The notes under the pieces are model-generated. The model was not told where the DNA came from. It ran no database searches and was given only the letters and a program-made list of their open reading frames with translations. Positions 1 to 7,594 of a stretch of 7,594 bases of DNA are shown here, one piece after another. Each line of letters starts with the position of its first letter. Position 1 is the stretch's first letter. The translations under genes were made by a program, and so were the position numbers. This DNA is from Naegleria gruberi (lineage: Eukaryota): assembly GCA_000004985.1 (NCBI GenBank), contig GG739126.1; one strand, 5' to 3'.

Positions 1-868
1 ATTGCCATCATACCAATAATTGATTTTATACTATTAAACTGGTATTATACACTATAATTGATATATATATGAATATATAATTGAAAGATTTGGTTTTAGA
101 CATTTATTAATGACGTGGGTTGTTCACTAAGGTAGTAACTTTGTCATACGATAACTATCTAAGATGATATTGAAATCATTCCAAAATTGATTCGATGAGA
201 GTATTTGATGATTATAACATGATAGTATTGAATTGGTGTTGATTATTACCATTCATGACATGTAAGAATGTTAACTTTTTGTCAATAAGTACAGTAGCTT
301 GACAGATATTCCAATTATATAGATATTGATTATATCACTCAGAAACGTTATCAATATCAGTTATAAGAGTAGTGGTATGATATTCAATCTTGTTGTACAT
401 CTTGATATTGACTTGTCATATTATCATGAGTTGTTAGTGACATGGTTAAATGACATGAATACTGAATGATGTCCAAATGATTTGAAATTGATAGAAACCT
501 CATTATATGATGTTAATAACATATTGTATCAATTTGGTATTGAATCTCATTGTCCTTAGGGTACTTCCCTATTGAGGTACCTTAATTGACCATCTCTATA
601 TTTAAATTGAGATATGATATTTATTTCAATTGTATCATTTTGTAAATGATGGATAAGTAGCCAAGTTGTGTATGGTGTAGAATTGGTATAACATTATTTT
701 CAACATTTACAAGTGCCATTTCTCATCATCTGTTGGACCAAAACAAAATTTTTTGTTATAGTGGTGGTTTTTTTACTAACCTACATGTACAATATCGGAA
801 CAAGGAGATGCTCTATAGTTGTGCAGAATCATTCCACCAACAATAAGTTTTTGAAATATTCTTTTCTT
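1..868. repeat. Left copy of a large direct repeat matching 6727-7594. It is truncated by the window start, so the true 5' boundary is unknown.
   Basis: Read against each other, 1-120 and 6727-6846 differ at about 5 positions, and 121-240 and 6847-6966 differ at 4. Further along there are small indels, for example gattatatcactc versus gatatatatcactc, and gtatcattttgtaaatgatggataag versus gtatcatcattttgtaaatgataag. Overall identity is about 94-96%. Both copies share an (AT)5 run, at 61-70 and 6787-6796. Confidence 0.9.
785..860. repeat. Degenerate partial monomer (tail-like) at the proximal edge of the satellite array
   Basis: tgtacaatat at 795-804 matches tgtacaatac at the monomer A tail (1145-1154). 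acaacaataagtttttgaaatatt at 835-860 resembles the monomer tails, acaacaaattaaca at 1157-1170 and acaacaaattaaaatttttatatt at 1815-1840. An extra segment of about 40 bp sits between the two matches. Confidence 0.4.
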
Positions 869-1174
869 AGTGAACTTTGCTTGCATCATAATTATTAAGG
901 AATTTTGTCAAGTAGATGGAAAGTGTTCTAAAATTGCTCTAGATGGTAACATTCCGTTACAGTATACTTAAATTCTAAGAAATGGTTGAGATCAGTCGAT
1001 TTTTCACAACTGTAATCTTTAAAACAGTGGTTGTCATCCAACCCGATGTAACAACTACTATTAAATGTTTCAAATGAGCTTGGAGTTGCTCAAACCCGTT
1101 GCTTCTTCTCAAAAGAGTGACTTATTCAACCTTTTGGTGGGATTGTACAATACTGTTCAACAAATTAACATTGT
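861..1174 (+). repeat. Satellite monomer A (314 bp)
   Basis: A aligns to monomer C along its whole length. The segment 998-1110 matches 1658-1770 with about 3-4 mismatches in 113 bp. Confidence 0.85.
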
Positions 1175-1523
1175 CTTTTCTTAGTGAACTTTTCCTTCAT
1201 CCCAATTATTAAGGAATTTTTACAAGGGGATGGAAAATGTTCAAAACTGGCTATAGATGGTATAATTCCATTGAACTATACTCATATTCTTAATAATGAT
1301 TGAGATTGGTCGATTTTTCACAACTGTTATCTTTGAAACAGTGATTTCATCCAACCACTCTTTAATAACAACTCCATGGACTGGCTCAAACCCGTTGTAA
1401 TATTAAATTAAACTTTCTCAAATGAGCTTGGTGTGGCTCAAACCCGGTGTGCTTACGTAAAATTCAATCGGAATACAATTTTAACTGGTATTCTGGCAAA
1501 GAGCCAACATTTTCACAATTAAA
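1175..1523 (+). repeat. Satellite monomer B (349 bp), a divergent variant carrying an internal duplication of about 51 bp
   Basis: B shares the monomer head and the conserved core at 1300-1345 with A and C, but has diverged 3' of the core. The motif gctcaaacccg occurs twice, at 1384-1394 and 1435-1445, whereas A and C each have one copy. This accounts for the roughly 35 bp of extra length. Confidence 0.8.
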
Positions 1524-1838
1524 CTTTCTTACTGAACTTTGAATATTTCACATAGTAAGGAATTTTTTCAAGTAGATGGAAAATGTTCCAAAATCGATAG
1601 AAATGGTACCAGTCCTTTACAGTACACTTAAATTCTCAAAAATGATTGAGATTGGTCGATTTTTCACAACTGTAATCTTTAAAACAGTGGTTGTTATCCA
1701 ACCCGATGTACCAACTACTATTAAATGTTTCAAATGAGCTTGGAGTTGCTCAAACCCGTTGCTTCTTTTCAAAAAAGAGACTTATCCAACCTTTTGAATG
1801 AGACTGTATTATACTATACAACAAATTAAAATTTTTAT
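1524..1838 (+). repeat. Satellite monomer C (about 315 bp), A-type
   Basis: C is near-identical to A in its 3' two-thirds. Its head is ctttcttactgaactttgaatatttcacatagtaagg, compared with A's cttttcttagtgaactttgcttgcatcataattattaagg. Confidence 0.85.
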
Positions 1839-1875
1839 ATTCTTACTGAACTTTTCTTACTTCACAATTATTAAG
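1839..1875 (+). repeat. Satellite monomer D, only its first 37 bp or so, cut off by the N gap. Its head looks B-like.
   Basis: tcttactgaacttttcttacttcacaattattaag resembles the head of B, tcttagtgaacttttccttcatcccaattattaagg. Confidence 0.7.
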
Positions 1876-4800
1876 NNNNNNNNNNNNNNNNNNNNNNNNN
1901 NNNNNNNNNNNNNNNNNNNNNNNNNNNNNNNNNNNNNNNNNNNNNNNNNNNNNNNNNNNNNNNNNNNNNNNNNNNNNNNNNNNNNNNNNNNNNNNNNNNN
2001 NNNNNNNNNNNNNNNNNNNNNNNNNNNNNNNNNNNNNNNNNNNNNNNNNNNNNNNNNNNNNNNNNNNNNNNNNNNNNNNNNNNNNNNNNNNNNNNNNNNN
2101 NNNNNNNNNNNNNNNNNNNNNNNNNNNNNNNNNNNNNNNNNNNNNNNNNNNNNNNNNNNNNNNNNNNNNNNNNNNNNNNNNNNNNNNNNNNNNNNNNNNN
2201 NNNNNNNNNNNNNNNNNNNNNNNNNNNNNNNNNNNNNNNNNNNNNNNNNNNNNNNNNNNNNNNNNNNNNNNNNNNNNNNNNNNNNNNNNNNNNNNNNNNN
2301 NNNNNNNNNNNNNNNNNNNNNNNNNNNNNNNNNNNNNNNNNNNNNNNNNNNNNNNNNNNNNNNNNNNNNNNNNNNNNNNNNNNNNNNNNNNNNNNNNNNN
2401 NNNNNNNNNNNNNNNNNNNNNNNNNNNNNNNNNNNNNNNNNNNNNNNNNNNNNNNNNNNNNNNNNNNNNNNNNNNNNNNNNNNNNNNNNNNNNNNNNNNN
2501 NNNNNNNNNNNNNNNNNNNNNNNNNNNNNNNNNNNNNNNNNNNNNNNNNNNNNNNNNNNNNNNNNNNNNNNNNNNNNNNNNNNNNNNNNNNNNNNNNNNN
2601 NNNNNNNNNNNNNNNNNNNNNNNNNNNNNNNNNNNNNNNNNNNNNNNNNNNNNNNNNNNNNNNNNNNNNNNNNNNNNNNNNNNNNNNNNNNNNNNNNNNN
2701 NNNNNNNNNNNNNNNNNNNNNNNNNNNNNNNNNNNNNNNNNNNNNNNNNNNNNNNNNNNNNNNNNNNNNNNNNNNNNNNNNNNNNNNNNNNNNNNNNNNN
2801 NNNNNNNNNNNNNNNNNNNNNNNNNNNNNNNNNNNNNNNNNNNNNNNNNNNNNNNNNNNNNNNNNNNNNNNNNNNNNNNNNNNNNNNNNNNNNNNNNNNN
2901 NNNNNNNNNNNNNNNNNNNNNNNNNNNNNNNNNNNNNNNNNNNNNNNNNNNNNNNNNNNNNNNNNNNNNNNNNNNNNNNNNNNNNNNNNNNNNNNNNNNN
3001 NNNNNNNNNNNNNNNNNNNNNNNNNNNNNNNNNNNNNNNNNNNNNNNNNNNNNNNNNNNNNNNNNNNNNNNNNNNNNNNNNNNNNNNNNNNNNNNNNNNN
3101 NNNNNNNNNNNNNNNNNNNNNNNNNNNNNNNNNNNNNNNNNNNNNNNNNNNNNNNNNNNNNNNNNNNNNNNNNNNNNNNNNNNNNNNNNNNNNNNNNNNN
3201 NNNNNNNNNNNNNNNNNNNNNNNNNNNNNNNNNNNNNNNNNNNNNNNNNNNNNNNNNNNNNNNNNNNNNNNNNNNNNNNNNNNNNNNNNNNNNNNNNNNN
3301 NNNNNNNNNNNNNNNNNNNNNNNNNNNNNNNNNNNNNNNNNNNNNNNNNNNNNNNNNNNNNNNNNNNNNNNNNNNNNNNNNNNNNNNNNNNNNNNNNNNN
3401 NNNNNNNNNNNNNNNNNNNNNNNNNNNNNNNNNNNNNNNNNNNNNNNNNNNNNNNNNNNNNNNNNNNNNNNNNNNNNNNNNNNNNNNNNNNNNNNNNNNN
3501 NNNNNNNNNNNNNNNNNNNNNNNNNNNNNNNNNNNNNNNNNNNNNNNNNNNNNNNNNNNNNNNNNNNNNNNNNNNNNNNNNNNNNNNNNNNNNNNNNNNN
3601 NNNNNNNNNNNNNNNNNNNNNNNNNNNNNNNNNNNNNNNNNNNNNNNNNNNNNNNNNNNNNNNNNNNNNNNNNNNNNNNNNNNNNNNNNNNNNNNNNNNN
3701 NNNNNNNNNNNNNNNNNNNNNNNNNNNNNNNNNNNNNNNNNNNNNNNNNNNNNNNNNNNNNNNNNNNNNNNNNNNNNNNNNNNNNNNNNNNNNNNNNNNN
3801 NNNNNNNNNNNNNNNNNNNNNNNNNNNNNNNNNNNNNNNNNNNNNNNNNNNNNNNNNNNNNNNNNNNNNNNNNNNNNNNNNNNNNNNNNNNNNNNNNNNN
3901 NNNNNNNNNNNNNNNNNNNNNNNNNNNNNNNNNNNNNNNNNNNNNNNNNNNNNNNNNNNNNNNNNNNNNNNNNNNNNNNNNNNNNNNNNNNNNNNNNNNN
4001 NNNNNNNNNNNNNNNNNNNNNNNNNNNNNNNNNNNNNNNNNNNNNNNNNNNNNNNNNNNNNNNNNNNNNNNNNNNNNNNNNNNNNNNNNNNNNNNNNNNN
4101 NNNNNNNNNNNNNNNNNNNNNNNNNNNNNNNNNNNNNNNNNNNNNNNNNNNNNNNNNNNNNNNNNNNNNNNNNNNNNNNNNNNNNNNNNNNNNNNNNNNN
4201 NNNNNNNNNNNNNNNNNNNNNNNNNNNNNNNNNNNNNNNNNNNNNNNNNNNNNNNNNNNNNNNNNNNNNNNNNNNNNNNNNNNNNNNNNNNNNNNNNNNN
4301 NNNNNNNNNNNNNNNNNNNNNNNNNNNNNNNNNNNNNNNNNNNNNNNNNNNNNNNNNNNNNNNNNNNNNNNNNNNNNNNNNNNNNNNNNNNNNNNNNNNN
4401 NNNNNNNNNNNNNNNNNNNNNNNNNNNNNNNNNNNNNNNNNNNNNNNNNNNNNNNNNNNNNNNNNNNNNNNNNNNNNNNNNNNNNNNNNNNNNNNNNNNN
4501 NNNNNNNNNNNNNNNNNNNNNNNNNNNNNNNNNNNNNNNNNNNNNNNNNNNNNNNNNNNNNNNNNNNNNNNNNNNNNNNNNNNNNNNNNNNNNNNNNNNN
4601 NNNNNNNNNNNNNNNNNNNNNNNNNNNNNNNNNNNNNNNNNNNNNNNNNNNNNNNNNNNNNNNNNNNNNNNNNNNNNNNNNNNNNNNNNNNNNNNNNNNN
4701 NNNNNNNNNNNNNNNNNNNNNNNNNNNNNNNNNNNNNNNNNNNNNNNNNNNNNNNNNNNNNNNNNNNNNNNNNNNNNNNNNNNNNNNNNNNNNNNNNNNN

Positions 4801-6188
4801 NNNNNNNNNNNNNNNNNNNNNNNNNNNNNNNNNNNNNNNNNNNNNNNNNNNNNNNNNNNNNNNNNNNNNNNNNNNNNNNNNNNNNNNNNNNNNNNNNNNN
4901 NNNNNNNNNNNNNNNNNNNNNNNNNNNNNNNNNNNNNNNNNNNNNNNNNNNNNNNNNNNNNNNNNNNNNNNNNNNNNNNNNNNNNNNNNNNNNNNNNNNN
5001 NNNNNNNNNNNNNNNNNNNNNNNNNNNNNNNNNNNNNNNNNNNNNNNNNNNNNNNNNNNNNNNNNNNNNNNNNNNNNNNNNNNNNNNNNNNNNNNNNNNN
5101 NNNNNNNNNNNNNNNNNNNNNNNNNNNNNNNNNNNNNNNNNNNNNNNNNNNNNNNNNNNNNNNNNNNNNNNNNNNNNNNNNNNNNNNNNNNNNNNNNNNN
5201 NNNNNNNNNNNNNNNNNNNNNNNNNNNNNNNNNNNNNNNNNNNNNNNNNNNNNNNNNNNNNNNNNNNNNNNNNNNNNNNNNNNNNNNNNNNNNNNNNNNN
5301 NNNNNNNNNNNNNNNNNNNNNNNNNNNNNNNNNNNNNNNNNNNNNNNNNNNNNNNNNNNNNNNNNNNNNNNNNNNNNNNNNNNNNNNNNNNNNNNNNNNN
5401 NNNNNNNNNNNNNNNNNNNNNNNNNNNNNNNNNNNNNNNNNNNNNNNNNNNNNNNNNNNNNNNNNNNNNNNNNNNNNNNNNNNNNNNNNNNNNNNNNNNN
5501 NNNNNNNNNNNNNNNNNNNNNNNNNNNNNNNNNNNNNNNNNNNNNNNNNNNNNNNNNNNNNNNNNNNNNNNNNNNNNNNNNNNNNNNNNNNNNNNNNNNN
5601 NNNNNNNNNNNNNNNNNNNNNNNNNNNNNNNNNNNNNNNNNNNNNNNNNNNNNNNNNNNNNNNNNNNNNNNNNNNNNNNNNNNNNNNNNNNNNNNNNNNN
5701 NNNNNNNNNNNNNNNNNNNNNNNNNNNNNNNNNNNNNNNNNNNNNNNNNNNNNNNNNNNNNNNNNNNNNNNNNNNNNNNNNNNNNNNNNNNNNNNNNNNN
5801 NNNNNNNNNNNNNNNNNNNNNNNNNNNNNNNNNNNNNNNNNNNNNNNNNNNNNNNNNNNNNNNNNNNNNNNNNNNNNNNNNNNNNNNNNNNNNNNNNNNN
5901 NNNNNNNNNNNNNNNNNNNNNNNNNNNNNNNNNNNNNNNNNNNNNNNNNNNNNNNNNNNNNNNNNNNNNNNNNNNNNNNNNNNNNNNNNNNNNNNNNNNN
6001 NNNNNNNNNNNNNNNNNNNNNNNNNNNNNNNNNNNNNNNNNNNNNNNNNNNNNNNNNNNNNNNNNNNNNNNNNNNNNNNNNNNNNNNNNNNNNNNNNNNN
6101 NNNNNNNNNNNNNNNNNNNNNNNNNNNNNNNNNNNNNNNNNNNNNNNNNNNNNNNNNNNNNNNNNNNNNNNNNNNNNNNNNNNNNNNN
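1876..6188. other. Run of 4313 N: an assembly gap or masked sequence whose content is unknown
   Basis: The run of n characters is uninterrupted. It starts inside a satellite monomer. Confidence 0.99.
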
Positions 6189-6726
6189 TTGATTTAAGAT
6201 TTTGAAATTGTTTATTGTTGATACGAATCAGAAGCTTCTTATTGTGACAACACTTGATAGAAGAATGGGAAAGTGGTTGCATTAATTCAACATATTGAAA
6301 GTGAACAAGGTTCTCATCTCAAGATTTGGAACTCTTCTTCATGAAGAGGAGGTTATTGGGTGGTGACTAGAGAGAAACATTTCCTTGTAGCTTTTCTACA
6401 AGTAAATGATTAATTGACCAAGATGTTGACCTATAATATGGAAACACAATAAAATTCAATAATACTGATAAATACAGTAGTGAATATGAATGGTAATCAT
6501 AAATCACTGAAAAAATCATGATTGGATCCATTTTGAGACTTTTGGAAGTCAACTTGGATGGCAATAGGGGAGCTTTTGATGTGGTTAACACTTTTAAAGG
6601 GATATGAATATTTTATTGGATAATATATGTCATCGCTGTACTTTATCAATAAATATTGAATATCATGATGTTATAATCTATATTTATAATTTGGGAAATG
6701 TTGCAATGTCAATGTTTATTTGAAAT
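6189..6726. other. AT-rich, apparently non-coding segment with no match elsewhere in the window. It lies between the gap and the right copy of the large repeat.
   Basis: No similarity to the satellite monomer or to 1-868 is visible beyond short AT-rich words. The longest ORF is a 74-aa low-complexity frame on the minus strand. Confidence 0.5.
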
Positions 6727-7594
6727 ATTGCCATCATACCAATAATTGATTTTATACTATAAAAATGGTGTTATACACTATAATTGATATATATATGAAT
6801 ATATAATTGAAATATTTGGTTTTAGACATTTATTAATGACGTGGGTTGTTCACTAAGGTAGTAATTTTGTCATATGATAACTATCTAAGATGATATTGAA
6901 ATCATTCCAAAATTGATTCGATGAGAGTATTTGATGATTATAACATGATAATATTGAATTGGTATTGATTCTTACCATTCATGACATGTAAGAATGTTAC
7001 CTTTTTGTCAATTGGGACAGTAGCTTGACAGATATTCCAATTATATAGATATTGATATATATCACTCAAATACGTTATGAATATCTATTATAAGAGTATT
7101 TGTATGATATTCTATCTTGTTGTACATCTTGATATTGACTTGTCATATTATCATGAGTTGTTAGTGACATGGTTGAATGACATGAATACTGAATGATGTC
7201 CAAATGATTTGAAATTGATAGAAACCTCATTATATGATGTTAATAACATATTGTATCAATTTGGTATTGAATCTCATTGTCCTTAGGGTACTTTCCTATT
7301 GAGGAACCTTAATTGACCATCTCTATATTTAAATTGAGATAAGATATTTATTTCAATTGTATCATCATTTTGTAAATGATAAGTAGTCAAGTTGTGTATG
7401 GTGTAGAATTGGGATAACATTATTTTCAACATTTACAAGTGCCATTTCTCATCATCTGTTGGACCAAAACAAAATTTTTTGTTATAGTGGTGGTTTTTTT
7501 ACTAATATCCACTTGTACAATATCGGAACAAGGAGATGCTCTATAGTTGTGCAGAATCATTCCACCAACAATAAGTTTTTGAAATATTCTTTTC
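6727..7594. repeat. Right copy of the large direct repeat (matches 1-868). It is truncated by the window end, where it is entering the same junction into the satellite array that lies at 851-866 in the left copy.
   Basis: The offset is 6726 at the start and 6728 at the end. The final bases, ttgaaatattcttttc, correspond to 851-866, the first bases of satellite monomer A. Confidence 0.9.

Larger units (their letters stand above)
861..1875 (+). repeat. Tandem satellite-like array with head-to-tail monomers of about 314-349 bp and a higher-order period of about 660 bp. It continues into the N gap.
   Basis: Each monomer begins with the motif cttttcttagtgaac or cttTcttactgaac, at 861, 1175, 1524 and about 1839. 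The 19-mer gtcgatttttcacaactgt is identical at 995-1013, 1309-1327 and 1655-1673, giving spacings of 314, 346 and 660 bp. Confidence 0.88.

Noticed and set aside
1-868. Bacterial-style promoters, ribosome-binding sites and terminators
   Set aside because: TATAAT-like hexamers and T-runs occur everywhere in sequence this AT-rich. No downstream gene exists to anchor any of them, and the near-total lack of ORFs is incompatible with a prokaryotic coding region.
713-898. ORF of 61 aa on the plus strand
   Set aside because: It lies inside the large repeat and runs into the first satellite monomer. The homologous stretch in the right copy, at 7500-7515, has a 2-bp length difference (cctacatg versus tatccacttg) that breaks the frame. 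It is short, hydrophobic and low-complexity, and the visible sequence gives no sign of coding constraint.
861-1875. CRISPR array
   Set aside because: The repeats are about 330 bp long and directly abutting, with no unique spacers. This is satellite DNA, not a CRISPR array.
1798-6192. ORF-track entry of 1464 aa on the plus strand
   Set aside because: About 1440 of its residues are X translated from N. Only about 26 real codons at the 5' end and 1 at the 3' end are sequence. It is an artefact of the gap.
1843-6282. ORF-track entry of 1479 aa on the minus strand
   Set aside because: The reason is the same. Only about 31 N-terminal residues and about 10 C-terminal residues come from real bases, and the rest is X.
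6367-6591. ORF of 74 aa on the minus strand
   Set aside because: Random ORFs of this length are expected by chance in AT-rich DNA. The peptide is low-complexity and there is no recognisable start context. It is the only frame longer than 70 aa in 3.28 kb of readable sequence, which argues that the region is non-coding.
1-7594. Confident call of an LTR retrotransposon, with 1-868 and 6727-7594 as the LTRs
   Set aside because: Both copies are truncated by the window, so the termini cannot be examined. There is no primer-binding site after the left copy, which is followed directly by satellite. No internal gag or pol sequence is visible because it is all N. This reading is kept only as one alternative in the first finding.
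1-7594. tRNA or rRNA genes
   Set aside because: No segment has the GC-rich cloverleaf arms or the T-loop motif (GTTCRAnt) of a tRNA. The only gttcga-like string, at 188-196, lacks an acceptor stem. Nothing resembles rRNA.

Overview
This is an AT-rich (roughly 25-30% GC), ORF-poor window that looks like eukaryotic-type non-coding repeat DNA. 4313 of its 7594 bases (1876-6188) are an N run, so only about 3.28 kb is readable. The readable part has three layers of structure. First, a large direct repeat: 1-868 and 6727-7594 are about 95% identical, differing by point changes and several 1-4 bp indels, and are offset by 6726-6728 bp across the gap. Second, a tandem satellite-like array of roughly 315-350 bp monomers starts at about 861 and runs into the N gap (monomers A 861-1174, B 1175-1523, C 1524-1838, D truncated at 1875). 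A and C are much more alike than either is to B, giving a roughly 660-bp higher-order period. Third, a 538-bp stretch after the gap (6189-6726) has no counterpart elsewhere in the window. I see no credible protein-coding gene, tRNA, rRNA or CRISPR array. The two >1400-aa ORFs in the track are artefacts of translating N, and the two short ORFs (61 aa and 74 aa) are not supported. I find no evidence of an encoded multi-gene system in the readable sequence; what is interesting here is repeat architecture, and more than half of the window cannot be inspected.
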